A stretch of DNA of 64,000 bases, taken from NCBI GenBank assembly GCA_026914245.1, contig CP110440.1, positions 4,402,001-4,466,000 of the forward strand. The letters run 5' to 3'. How positions within the stretch are numbered: position 1 is the stretch's first letter; every line of letters starts with the position of its first letter. The DNA comes from Puccinia triticina (Eukaryota). Of the stretch, positions 48,459 through 60,663 are shown one piece after another. The notes under the pieces were generated by a model, which did no database searches, was not told the origin of the DNA, and saw only the letters and a list, made by a program, of their open reading frames with translations. Made by a program: the position numbers and the translations under genes.

Positions 48459-48793
48459 TGCTGCAACCAATCTGATCCAAAAAAGGCATTGGCAATACCG
48501 TGTGTATTGTTTCTTTGATACTCAATAATTCAATACCACATATTGTCTCAACAGATACAATATGTTGGTACTATATTGATTTGTTTTTTTACCTTTTTTT
48601 GAGCCATCTGGATAAAATCCAATAGTCCATCCAGGCAATACGCCAAATATTGGATCATATTGAGTTGGGGACCTGATCCCTGTTGATAAAGCTTGATTGC
48701 ATTGGTTGTCAGTCCAATACTGATACAATGTATTGGATGCAAACCCAATCAATATTAATAACTACCAATACATGTATTAGATTGGTTGCAGCA
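48459..48793. mobile_element. Small inverted-repeat element upstream of paralog 1
   Basis: TGCTGCAACCAATCT and AGATTGGTTGCAGCA are inverted repeats, with internal CCAAT/ATTGG repeats. Similarity to the paralog 2 upstream region ends here. TSD not resolved. Confidence 0.55.
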
Positions 48794-49891
48794 ATGATAC
48801 AATAACTGTGACAAAGTATAGTTCAAATTGAGTTGGTTAATCCCGTGGAGTGCAGATCCTTTGAGCCCCTGCAGGGTTTTGGAAACATGCTTGAAGAAAA
48901 TGCTGCCTTATTGGGTGGGGGACGTTTTTTTCTTCAAGTGCAGTGTTTGTGGTTTTGCTGAACTTTTGAAATTACCAAGGATGGTTGGAGTAGCAACTCA
49001 GGTTTCCTTCAATAATGGAACCTCTTCGCTGTAATCTCCTCTCTGTTTTTGGAATACACACATTTAGTTTAAGGATTCTGTCATGGTCTGCTGGCTGTAC
49101 CTTCCCATTTATATAGTTCAATGACTTGTTGAAGAAGGAGGGCATAAGGGATGGCAAACAGGGGCACCATGATGGTGGGGGATTTTCTATGCACATAGAA
49201 AAGATGGTAACAATACCATATGACTAACAATGGTATGAATATAAATGCATTTTTAAGGTAAGGTCAAAGAAAAAAATCTTCCCTTTTCCCAAATTAAATT
49301 TTCTTTGTAACTTTTCCCATGGGCTGATAATTTATTTATCAATTGGAGGAACTCCACCTGGCTTGATAATTTGGGTTGCAGCTTAAATTTTTGTCATTGG
49401 GATGTTCTAGAGCCAGATTCCAGCAGTGCAAGTGAATTTTCAAATTCCAAGTCATTATTTTTGATCACTTGAACCGCAACCTAGGAATACTCATTGAAGT
49501 AGGTATGCATTGTGAAAATATTAAACCAATATTTAGGGTCTGGATCAATTTCATCCATTCCCCAACAAGTGTTGAAAGACAGGACTCAGAGCAAGAAAGG
49601 TGAAGAAATAGAAAAAAAAATGGCAGCATAATGGGGGCTAAGATGTGCAAAAGAAAGCCAAAGGAAAGATGTGCATTCATCTGAAATGTGAATTTATTTT
49701 GAAAATAGGAAGGAAATTGAAAATAGGCAAGAAAGTGAATAGGAAAGCAAGTGAATAGGCAAGAAAGTGAACTTTCAACAAACAAAAACAATCCATCCCA
49801 AAAACCTAATTAAACTAGCGCAAACAGGGGTTCAAATCACCAAAGATGTTATTTTCTAAATATTCTGATAGCAGTCATGATTTCTAGTGAT

Positions 49892-51657
49892 TTATGAGCC
49901 AGCTACTTCTTTTATTTTTTTGGTGAAATTTTCAATTGAAAGACAAAATATTTTGTTGAAAAAACAAGTAGAAACCATCTCATTGTATGCAGTTTTGAAG
50001 AAAGCCTCTTTTATGTTGCTGCCTGATTCTCGAAACCAAATCTTCAAGCACCTCCAAAGCAATGAATCAATTGAATCATGAGTATTTAAAAGGTTATCTT
50101 TACTTGTTGAAATATTATAATCAAGTATCAATGCCTCTGATTCCATTGTTGATCCAGGCACGGTCTGTGAATCATGTATCTTTTTGAATACTTGCATTTT
50201 GTATGTTAATTGTTCTAAATCTTGTTTTAAATTGACTTCTCCTTTGATTTTGGGATTGAATTTTTCAATCATATGAGCATACAACAAGTACATTATCGAT
50301 AACTTTTTCAACCTTATACTTTTAGAAGGAATGACATCCTTGAATAGAACATTGGATCTTTGTTCCCAAAATCTGACCCAAGCATTCATATTCTGTGATA
50401 TTATATTGGTTTTGTGGTGAACATAGGATCTTCTAGGTCTTTGTGTTTTATACTTGGGCTTCAACTCAAGAGATGAATGTTCTTTCATAAGTAGGTAGCA
50501 AGTTTCAAACATATATCTTGCAGCTTCAGCTGTGATTTTTTCATTTATATATTCCCCACCTTGGAAAAGCTTTCTAACTTCAGTGATGATAATTTCATCT
50601 TCCATTAATGGGTCAGGACCAACTTTAAGGACATCATCAGTAAGCTCAAGTTGAAAAATAGGGGGTTTGTAATCAATTGATGGTTTTCTTTCAGCATTGT
50701 TTACACTTTCATGATTCCCAATAGGTCCAATTTCTGATTCAATAGCTGGCTGATGGGATGAATGTTCATTTTTGATAAATGGTTTGGGAAGATGAATATT
50801 TGATGGAGAGCCCAAGAAGTGGCTGGAAACAGCATATTCTTTGCGTTTTTTAGGGTTGGTCACCAGTGCAGATCCTGGGATGCTTTTTTCCATACAGATT
50901 GTTTTTACTGGTGGAAGGTTGGGCTCATTTTCAACTTTGATTTTTAATTTCAGCTTGGCATGAGAAAAATTGTTTGGAACCAGAGTTTTTTGATTGTCTA
51001 TCTCTTCTGGATTTGGATTTTTGTGATTAGGGGCTGGTATATCTGTGAAAGCGGTATGTCTTGTCATTCTTGGGAGATCATATGTGGTGTATTTTTCAGA
51101 ATGTTTAAGTAATTTGGGTCTTTTGTGTGGATTTTGCGATTGCAAGTGGAACATGGGGTTCATGGAAAGCTCCATGTATTCCCTTCTTTTTTCTGATTGG
51201 CCAATTCTGAGTTGAGTGTCAGAAGTTCTTTCAACCATTGGCCCACTGGAAGCTATTCTTTGGGGATATGAGATGAGCTTTTCCCCACCATCTTCTGAAG
51301 TCTGGGATGGCCAAAAGGCAAAATATGGTGTATTTCTTCTATATTTGATACTAGGACAGGCTTCAATTGTTGAAATAAAGTCAATCTCTTTAGTTGGCTC
51401 TTGAACTCTTGAACTTGAGCTTGAAGCATCTGTATTCCAATTTAGGTAATCCATGACTTGTGGATTGGCTTCATCATTATTGGGGTGACCTGGTTTTGGA
51501 TTCAAATTTTAGCCTCAAGAAAATCAAATAGAAAAGAAGTAAATAGCTCACCTTCCCAGAGGGAAATGAAATCTTTTGTCTTGTGGGGGAATTCTTCCAT
51601 GGCAGAGACCGTCATGACCAACTCCAGAAAGACCATGTGACAGATGCTGATCCTCAT
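49892..51657 (-). CDS. Candidate secreted protein, paralog 2 (2 exons, ~565 aa)
   Basis: Exon 1 is MRISICHMVFLELVMTVSAMEEFPHKTKDFISLWE with the same intron position. It is collinear with paralog 1 (EKITAEAAR, KYKTQRPRRSY, FWEQR, STCFFNKIFCLSIENFTKKIK). Confidence 0.8.
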
Positions 51658-52205
51658 TTTATTGTGTGTTTAGAATTTTACCTTTCACAATACTCATTCA
51701 CACCCTGATCAACCTGATTAGAAATGATTTATGGTATGCTGAATCAAACAACAATAAGTGACTGAACTATTGAAAAACCAATGTGAATTTATGGAGACCA
51801 CCTGAGGTATTCTATTTGAGAAAACTTTACAAGTTCAAATGACCTCCAACAGACTAGAGCATGTTTCAAGCAGCAAAGCATATTGCTTTGTCACCAGTGT
51901 CAGCCAGACTTGTGTACATAGAAACAGGCACCGATAATACTTGTTAACATACTTGAACTCAAGGGTTAATGACATCACTCCAGTCTCCAATCCCCACATC
52001 AGAAACATATTGTCTTTTTCATAAAGCTTGGACAAATTTTTGAATTTTCTGGTCTTGTTGACCAAGGGAGATGTCATATTTTTCATATCCCACTGCATGC
52101 AGCATCTTGAGAGATGTCAGATAGTGCCTAAGGCCAAATTCACCCCTGGAGCCAGCAATATCCTCCAGTAGGTGGTCTACGAGACGGGTTAGAGAAAAAT
52201 TCGAG

Positions 52206-53206
52206 TACACTCCGTAATAGGAGTGTGCCAAAGCACACTCCGTAATAGGAGTGTGCCAAAGCACACTCCGTAATAGGAGTGTGCCAAAGCACACTCCGTA
52301 ATAGGAGTGTGCCAAAGCACACTCCGTAATAGGAGTGTGCCAAAGCACACTCCGTAATAGGAGTGTGCCAAAGCACACTCCGTAATAGGAGTGTGCCAAA
52401 GCACACTCCGTAATAGGAGTGTGCCAAAGCACACTCCGTAATAGGAGTGTGCCAAAGCACACTCCGTAATAGGAGTGTGCCAAAGCACACTCCGTAATAG
52501 GAGTGTGCCAAAGCACACTCCGTAATAGGAGTGTGCCAAAGCACACTCCGTAATAGGAGTGTGCCAAAGCACACTCCGTAATAGGAGTGTGCCAAAGCAC
52601 ACTCCGTAATAGGAGTGTGCCAAAGCACACTCCGTAATAGGAGTGTGCCAAAGCACACTCCGTAATAGGAGTGTGCCAAAGCACACTCCGTAATAGGAGT
52701 GTGCCAAAGCACACTCCGTAATAGGAGTGTGCCAAAGCACACTCCGTAATAGGAGTGTGCCAAAGCACACTCCGTAATAGGAGTGTGCCAAAGCACACTC
52801 CGTAATAGGAGTGTGCCAAAGCACACTCCGTAATAGGAGTGTGCCAAAGCACACTCCGTAATAGGAGTGTGCCAAAGCACACTCCGTAATAGGAGTGTGC
52901 CAAAGCACACTCCGTAATAGGAGTGTGCCAAAGCACACTCCGTAATAGGAGTGTGCCAAAGCACACTCCGTAATAGGAGTGTGCCAAAGCACACTCCGTA
53001 ATAGAAGTGTGCCAAAGCACACTCCGTAATAGGAGTGTGCCAAAGCACACTCCGTAATAGGAGTGTGCCAAAGCACACTCCGTAATAGGAGTGTGCCAAA
53101 GCACACTCCGTAATAGGAGTGTGCCAAAGCACACTCCGTAATAGGAGTGTGCCAAAGCACACTCCGTAATAGGAGTGTGCCAAAGCACACTCCATAATAG
53201 GAGTGT
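52206..53206. repeat. Near-perfect 28-bp palindromic minisatellite, ~36 copies
   Basis: Unit CACACTCCGTAATAGGAGTGTGCCAAAG forms the hairpin GCACACTCC-GTAATA-GGAGTGTGC. Confidence 0.97.
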
Positions 53207-53751
53207 TGGGATTTCGACTTTTTGCCGGTGAGGAGAAAGAGAAGAGCTCTTGAGGGTGCTCGAGAAAAAGGGGCGGTGATGATGGATGAATCACCAGATG
53301 CGGCTCAGAGGTGGAGCGGAAAAAGAAGGAGAGAACCGATGAGTTGATTACTCTGGACTAGGCTATGGTTATATAGACTATGTACATGGAATCAACTTGT
53401 GGGTGAGAATAAAATGAATAAAAAATGATAATGAATAAGAAACTTCTCGACTCATTGTAACATGTCAAAAGGTACATCAATATCCCCAGCAGAGAGTGCA
53501 CACACAAGAGGATAAGAAGGATTTGGGAAAGTTTGACAAACTAATCTAGGCAAGGAGCAAAGTCAACAAGGCTAGTACGGTGAGCAAACATGACCACTAA
53601 ATACAAACAGACCATAATATGTGGACTCATAAGTGTAGAATATCTTTGATCTGAAAACAAGCCCGTAGAGGAGGATGAAGTGAGCGGAGATGGTGTGAGG
53701 AGAAAATGAAGAAGGGGTTTTAGGGATGAGTGGAAAGACAGAAATCCAACA

Positions 53752-53882
53752 AGGAGTGTGCCAAAGCACACTCTGTAATAGGAGTGTGCCAAAGCACACT
53801 CTGTAATAGGAGTGTGCCAAAGCACACTCTGTAATAGGAGTGTGCCAAAGCACACTCCGTAATAGGAGTGTGCCAAAGCACA
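53752..53882. repeat. Second short array (~4.5 copies) of the 28-bp unit
   Basis: Same unit; three copies have CCG>CTG. Confidence 0.92.
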
Positions 53883-54259
53883 TAATACAAGGTATCCTGT
53901 ATTTCTTACTGGATATCCCACTCAGGATATCCGGTGGTGGTTGAAGTGAAGCCCAGTTTGACCCCATAACCAATCCACAATTCTAGGCCAGGGGGAGGCC
54001 TCTAGCCTAGCTCACGTGTGCGCGGGGGCTAGGCTACAAGACCCGCTTTACAAAGTCCTCATGTGCACAGACCTGCACTTCTGGTAACAGAGCATGACTG
54101 TGACCCCCAAGCCCCGTAGGGGATTGGGATTTGTTTTCCCCCCTTGAGCTTGAATTCATCAACAAAAGTCTTCACGCTACCCATTTCAATATTTTCTTCC
54201 TTCACTAATCACACAGACGACCTCCTTGGGACTCAAGCAATAAGGCTGTTCCCCAAAAG

Positions 54260-54830
54260 CAGTGTTGGCTCATGCCCCAGGGTCCGGGGCATTGGGATGG
54301 GCCTTAAAAATGCCCCGAACCCTGGGGCATATAGTGTTATTTCGCGGAAGGAGGATTCCTTTGGGGTTGGTGTCTTTTCTTTGGGATTTTGTCTTTTTTT
54401 TTGACATTACAATGGCCATATGTAGTATATACAGGTTTATTTTAATGAAAAAAGTTGAGAAGCACAAGCAAGAACCCCAAGGAAACGGGTGTAGGCACTG
54501 ATAAAAGATGAAAGGATGTTACAAGGGGCCATTGAAAGCCTGGTACCATCCCTTGAGACACAACAGGTGCTTGATGTTCCTTGGTTTGAGGGCAGATTGC
54601 TGCCAGGAGACAATTTGTCGGCCTTTGGAGAATACACGCTTGGAAGCCACGCTTGTTGCCGGGATTGACAGGTATTTACGAGCCATTTTCAACAGGATAG
54701 GATAAGTCTTGTTTTGACCGGCCAATAGGCGAGGATCTTAGTGCCTTGCGGTTCGGGATACTCCTTCAAGTAGCGACTGATTTCAGAATCGATCCCCTCA
54801 ATCGGTGCGGTTTGATGATAAAAGGCAGTT
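54260..54830 (-). pseudogene. hAT transposon remnant: C-terminal dimerisation domain and one terminus
   Basis: Reads SEISRYLKE..ILAYW and YPILLKMARKYLSIPATSVASKRVFS with a frameshift. A CAGTGTTG terminus at 54260 has GCCCC subterminal motifs. Confidence 0.8.
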
Positions 54831-55099
54831 GGAAAGAAGTTGGAGCCTGATCCAGAGGCTGGGAATTGTGTTTGGGTTGCTAGCAGACTCGGCCGTCCCG
54901 TCTTGTCGACGCTCCCACTAATTTTCAACTTAGAATGTTATCTTTCAGCGGTGTCGCAGCTATGGGTGATAAGTCCAACACAAATATCTGCACGATATTC
55001 ACCACAAGCTTGCTTAGAGAGTAACACTTTCAGAATTAAACCGTGGGGATAGCGTCAAATTTCTGGGCCTTTGGCTTGATGAGAAACTGACGTTCAGGA

Positions 55100-56532
55100 A
55101 GCAACACGCACAGGTTAGGAAAAAAGCCGATGACACTCTAGGCCAGCTCCTTAGGATCGGCAGCTTGGCGTGGGGAATACGGGAGCAGGAGCGCGGGCTT
55201 CTGATCTCAGCCGTTCTCGTGCCCAGGGTTCTCTACGGGGCGCAGGTCTGGTTCACCTCCCTGAACAGGCAGAAAGTTTCAAGCATGATCTCATAGAACA
55301 CTCGGCGGCGCGTTTCGCGTTAGGGGCTCTGAAGTCCACGCCGGTCAAATACCTTGACAAGTATTGGCCCTTCAGATTCATCAAAACAACCGCTATAAAC
55401 CGGATTACAAACTTTTACCTGACCAAGCTGTCTAGGGTGACTCACAGGGCTACGGCGATAGAGCAGCAGATTTGTACTGAACTGTTGTGGACGGCCAGGA
55501 CTTTCCCTAGCCCGGTCCACGTCTCCCTCAACCAGGAGATACTCATGGCTGGCCTTGCGGAGAAAAGGCTCAAGGTGGTGAATTTTGTCAACATTAGCAG
55601 GCCCCCATGGCAACCCAAAAGACATATGGAGCTTGTCGTTGACAGGGCCAGCAAGCAGGAGGAAAAACAATCAGTGGTATTGTTCCTTGAAACAATAAAC
55701 CCCGCTTCTGACCTGGTTATCTTCACTGACGGCTCTGCTCACCCAGAGGAAGGGCTAGGAGCAGTGGTGGTCTCAATAGATGGAAGTCTGTCTGAACTTG
55801 CATTCTTAGGTCCGCCGGGCACGGCCTCCAACTTCGAGTGTGAATTGGTAGGCATCTGGCTTGCAACGGTGGGCCAGCTACGCTAACTGTAGCGTTAGTG
55901 TAGCGGAATTCCGCTAAATTTTAGCGTAGCGTTAGCGGAATTGCGTCTTCTCTGCGCTAACGCTACGCGCAAAGGGTGCGCAGCTAATTTAGCTGTTAGC
56001 GTAGCGTTAGCGCAGATGCGCGCAATTGCGCTAACGCTACACACGCAGAGCGCAAAAGAGCGCGCGCTATGGTGCGCCACGGTGCTTTTAGCTGAAAAAA
56101 AGGCCTTTTTTCCGCTAAAAGCGCTGTAGCGCAGCGTAGCGTAGTGTAGTGACTGTAGCGGCGCGCTAACACTAACAAACAATTGGCGCGCTGTTAGCGC
56201 CGCTGAAACATAGCGCAGCGTAGCGGCGCTAACAGCGCGCTAACGCTACTCAAAATGGGCGGGCGCTTTTTGCTGCTACGCTAACGCTAAGTGGCCCTGT
56301 AGCGTAGTGTAGCGTAGTGTAGCGTAGTGGCCCACCGTTGCGGCTTGGACTGGATATAGGCAGCACGGCAAAGCTCCCGGTAACCAGGGCCCAAATAATC
56401 ATCTTGACAGACAGACAAGCGGCCATTAACAGGTTGAGGAACCCAACAGCTCCAAAATCAGGCCAATACATTCTTTCTCAAATCCAGGATACAGCTGACT
56501 CTATCCCAATCTCAACACAGATTATGGTCCAA
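55100..56532 (+). pseudogene. LINE (Tad1-like) remnant: RT C-terminal region and RNase H, interrupted by a MITE and by E3
   Basis: Reads WGIREQERGLLISAVLVPRVLYGAQVW, then IFTDGS, NFECELVGI and ILTDRQAAI. Confidence 0.8.
55864..56340. mobile_element. MITE with CAACGGTGGG TIRs and a 7-bp TSD
   Basis: TIRs CAACGGTGGGCCA and TGGCCCACCGTTG, with flanks TGGCTTG/CGGCTTG. Excision restores the RNase H frame. TAGCG/CGCTA motifs are dense inside. Confidence 0.9.
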
Positions 56533-58162
56533 TGTGGTGGCCCATTTGGTTGACCGCTAGTCAGAAGCATTCTTGCCGCTGCTGCCAGCAAGATCAGCAA
56601 GTCTCAGATTCATTCTCACCCTTCAAGACTTTCAAGATTCGAGACTTCATGCCTCAAGACCCAAGATCCATCCTCAAGACTTCAAGACCCTCAAGGCTTC
56701 AAGAATTCACTCCTCAAGACCTCTCATCTCAAGATTTCCCTCATTCCCTCTCATCCTCAAACTCATCTCTCTTCAAGATCCTTTCCTCCCCCCCCCCTTC
56801 TTCCTTCTTTTTCCTGGTTGTTGTTCTTTTTTTCCTTTCTCAGTTCTATTTTCTCCTGTCCTCCCCTGTTTGTTTGTTTATTTCTCCTCTTATGCGCGTT
56901 GGTAGGTTTTGGAGTGGAGGGTTGGTTTTGTTTTGTGTTTTGTTTTGTTTTGTCTTTGCAGGCATCATGACAGGTCCGCTAGATGTCACAAACCCCAGAC
57001 TCTGAGTTCAGCCCAAACTCAGAGGATGGGGCGGCATGAACTTGGTACTGATCCAAGTCAGAAATTCATCAAAACCTTATTGATCCTGATCCTTCCTCAT
57101 CTTCCCTGAGCTTCCCTTGATCCCTTTTCCTGATCACTTTGCAGGCAGTATCCCCGGCCCTCTTCTTAAACACCTCAACCGCCGACGCGCCCTCAACGCC
57201 GTCGTAAAATACCCTTTTAACTCCTTGCTTACATGATCCTCATCACTTTTCCGGACCACCCACGAGGGCAGCCTCAACAGTGCCAGAATACAGCGCATGG
57301 CGCGCATAGTGCCAAACGGCATAAGGGAGAAACAGGATTCGATGCACCGCATTGTAAGCCTCCTGTTTTATCCCCCCAAACCAAGCCACGGTCACTGACC
57401 CACATGTTACACAGGCGAAACAGGTAACCAGACTCTGAGGGTGCAAGCTCGAGACATGAGACAAAACAGAGGCACAACATCCCCTAGCAACAACAGGACG
57501 CCCCACGAGCAGACATTGTGAGTACTTAAAGGGACTGTGAATGAGTCGAGAGATGATTCCCCAGACTAACCGTCAATCTCATCTTGTGTAGCTTGCTAGC
57601 CAACAGAATAACTCCCCGTCAGCCTACCTTAGCCACTCGTATTGACTCACCAAACGAGTAAGTAAACCTCACCTTGAGGCATTAGTAGGATTAGATGGCT
57701 AACATCGCATGTTGTCCCTCCAGTCCTAAAGGAACCTTTGCGCTCTGTAACCGAGAGACTTGACCGTCATAGCAAGCGTGCTCTTGTGCAGAGGTAAATA
57801 CCTTCACCTGTCGTGGCAGCGACTAGCAACAGAACTAACTCAAGAACAACGTTCTGTCAGATCCCATTCTATCTCAAGCACATCATGCCGATCCCCTTCT
57901 TCGTTTCTTTCCTTCTCAGATCTCTTTCAACTTCCTCATCAGCTCGTAATCAGAAGCTACTAGCCTGGCAATTCCACCTGCTCTTAGGTGAATTGAATTT
58001 TCTTTTCTCTTTGGCAAAACTCAAGATTCACTTAGACTTGTATATAGTTCTTATCAGCAGTTTCTAACATAGATATGAAATCTTAGTTGTCCAAATTCTT
58101 ACAAACAGCACCCATCCCCTCGACGCTCTGCCTACCGCCTGGCACGGTAGGAGTTCCACATT

Positions 58163-58210
58163 TGGTCCCCCAAGCCGGGATCAAACCAGCGACCTCAAGA
58201 TTTACAGTCT
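58163..58210 (+). promoter_or_regulatory. Extended tRNA-Tyr PBS of E3
   Basis: TGGTCCCCCAAGCCGGGATCAAACCAGCGACCTCAAGATTTACAGTCT, with two CGA>CAA changes relative to E1/E2. Confidence 0.85.
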
Positions 58211-58536
58211 GGCCTCAGGATTTCGAGACGGAATGGTGGTCAGAGGCTGGAATTCTTCCGCTTTTGTTTTTCTTTTCTTTGCCTTTTTTTTTTGGCAACT
58301 CTCACATGATCCGAAGACGTTTCAGGATTCTCGTTTCAGGATCAAGACCGGAACGAAGCTTTTATTTTTTTTAGGCGTCTGCCGCGGGGCATAGGGGAGC
58401 CAAAGGAAGTCCCCTCCATAGTAGCACCTCCGGGCATCTCTACAAGCGTCAAAAGCATTACCTGCCACGCTGTGAGCCTTCCCGTCGCATCCGCCTCTTC
58501 TTGTTTAGATTCAGCCTGAAGGTCCTCAAGAGCAAG

Positions 58537-60663
58537 ATGGCCGATCCCGTAACCGTTGAGGCCGTCAAGATTAAGCCTCCGCACGGCAAGAGCCTGAAGT
58601 TCGATGGGACGAACGTCAAACGCTTTTTACACCAGTATCAAGTCGCCGCTCGTCTAGACAAGGCCTCAGGGCAAGATATGGCTGAGCAGCTGTTTTTCTT
58701 CGTGGACGATGCTCTCCTCGACGTCCTGGAGACCCTAGAAGGCTACGAGCCGCCGAACTGGCCCAAACTGAAGGCATCAATGCTGTCGTACTGGGGAGAG
58801 ATTGACTCGGCGAAATTTACGGCTCGAGACATCAAAGCTTTGACGGAGGGATGGGTTGCGCGCGGAGGAGTTTCCTCCGTTGAGGACTATCACGCCTTGA
58901 GGAAGCATTGGGAGCCCATCCAAGCCTATCTACTCGCCACGGATCATATTGAGTCCGTGGAGGAGATCCGTAACGACTACTATCAGTCATTCTCGTTAGC
59001 GGTTCAGGATCGAATCCGAGATCAGCTTCTTAAAGACAACACGATGATCACTACAGCTGACAACCGCTTCAAGTTACCAAAGTTCGAGGTTCTCAAGGCG
59101 GCAATCACTGAAGTAATGAGAAGGCAGACGGCACTGATTTTTGAAGATTCGAAGGCGTCGAAACCAGTGGCAGCCGCGACTTTGGCCGAGGCGAATGGTA
59201 TTATGCAGAGGATGGGAGAGGAGAAGCGCCCGAAGGCGGTAGCGGCCCCACCCAATCCCGTTCCGACTATGGATGAGCTGTCAAAAATGTTCGAGGCGTT
59301 CGAACAGAAGCTCGACGAGAAGCTGGCCTCGGTACCCACTAAACCATCGCAGTCGCAGAATCCGCGGGGTCCGATGGTGTTCTTTTACTGTCACCGGGAG
59401 GGACACGGGACCGCTCGTTGTTTCGAGCTCCAGAAGGATAAGGATGACAACCTCGTAGAGCAGAAGGGCATGAATTTTTTCTTGCCGAACGGAGCGTTGA
59501 TACCTTGGGACTCTACCAGGCCGATTCGTCATGTAGTAGCGTCGTTTCAGCCTACTCGAGCTGCTGCAAGTCAGGCAGCGACGGAGCGCGTGGCAGGATT
59601 TAAAGTTGGTTGTGGTTCTCTTCAACCCTGGTACCCGCCAGCGGTGTCGTCTCAGTCATTCTCAGGAGCTTATGAGGCCGACCCCGCTGGCAGGAAGCGG
59701 CATGAAGACCCGAAGCTTTACAAGGCCCCAGCCGTTCCTCTTAGTGCCGCAAAACGCCCGATCCGACGAGTTCCAACTTCGCCTGTTCCTGAAGAAAGAA
59801 GTGCGATGGAAGAGGAGCCGGAACTTTTTGAGCGAGGCGCTGGGGGCGACCAAACTCACGAGCTTTCTCCTGATCGCCCGCAGCCTACGAAGGCGGCTGG
59901 TCCAAAAGTGCGGTTCGAACGAGAGGTTTCGCGAGAGCACCCAAACGCGGTTGACGGCGTGTTGCGAAAGATATCGGTTTTGAAGGTGCCCGACATCACG
60001 GTATCGGAACTCATGGCGATTTCCCCATCCATAGCCAAAGGCATGAAGAAATGGGTGTCTAGGCGGCGTGTAGAGGTTGGAACCGAAGAGTTGAAGGTGA
60101 ACTCCGGGACGTTGGCCGAGGTCTCTGACAGAGATTTGGGAACAGATCCAAACCTTTACTCCTGTCCTCTAGGATATTTGCCGTGTCTCATTGGAGACGA
60201 CGAGACTTCAGCGTCTCCCCTCATTGATTCGGGCTCTCAATTGAATCTTATCTCGGACACCATGGCCAACAAGTTTAATCTAAGCCCTCAAGTTAATTTC
60301 ACATCTGCGGTCTACGGTATCAATAACCAGGCTTGTGAATTGATGGGCGTAGCCAAAGACGTGCAGGTCCGGATCGGCAAGTCGTTGGTGAAGACGTGTC
60401 ACTTTTGGATCACAAAGATGGACGGGCCGCTGATCTTAGGTCGGCCATTCCTAATGGATGTGGCTGCGACGTTGGCGTTCTCACCACAATCGGGCAAGAA
60501 GCTTATCATACCGGACGCCACTGGAAGGAACATCGAGGTTTCTTTGTGCTTGACTGGGTCGGGCCGATGGGAGCGTGATTTCCCAGGTCATGGTCGTAAG
60601 GCTGTGCTTACTCATGTGGCGCGGCTCCCCGAGGATTCTTCGGAGGATCGTCCTTTTTTATGA
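58537..60663 (+). CDS. gag: Gag-protease of E3 (first Cys of the knuckle mutated)
   Basis: Collinear with E1 Gag-PR; motifs FFYCHREGHGTARC, LIDSGSQLNLI and ILGRPFL. Confidence 0.9.
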   Translation: MADPVTVEAVKIKPPHGKSLKFDGTNVKRFLHQYQVAARLDKASGQDMAEQLFFFVDDALLDVLETLEGYEPPNWPKLKASMLSYWGEIDSAKFTARDIKALTEGWVARGGVSSVEDYHALRKHWEPIQAYLLATDHIESVEEIRNDYYQSFSLAVQDRIRDQLLKDNTMITTADNRFKLPKFEVLKAAITEVMRRQTALIFEDSKASKPVAAATLAEANGIMQRMGEEKRPKAVAAPPNPVPTMDELSKMFEAFEQKLDEKLASVPTKPSQSQNPRGPMVFFYCHREGHGTARCFELQKDKDDNLVEQKGMNFFLPNGALIPWDSTRPIRHVVASFQPTRAAASQAATERVAGFKVGCGSLQPWYPPAVSSQSFSGAYEADPAGRKRHEDPKLYKAPAVPLSAAKRPIRRVPTSPVPEERSAMEEEPELFERGAGGDQTHELSPDRPQPTKAAGPKVRFEREVSREHPNAVDGVLRKISVLKVPDITVSELMAISPSIAKGMKKWVSRRRVEVGTEELKVNSGTLAEVSDRDLGTDPNLYSCPLGYLPCLIGDDETSASPLIDSGSQLNLISDTMANKFNLSPQVNFTSAVYGINNQACELMGVAKDVQVRIGKSLVKTCHFWITKMDGPLILGRPFLMDVAATLAFSPQSGKKLIIPDATGRNIEVSLCLTGSGRWERDFPGHGRKAVLTHVARLPEDSSEDRPFL

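Noticed and set aside
52206..53206. CRISPR array (28-bp palindromic repeat)
   Set aside because: There are no spacers and no cas genes, and the context is eukaryotic. It is a pure tandem repeat.
52019..53294. 333-389 aa ORFs
   Set aside because: These are artefacts of a stop-free 28-bp repeat read in three frames.
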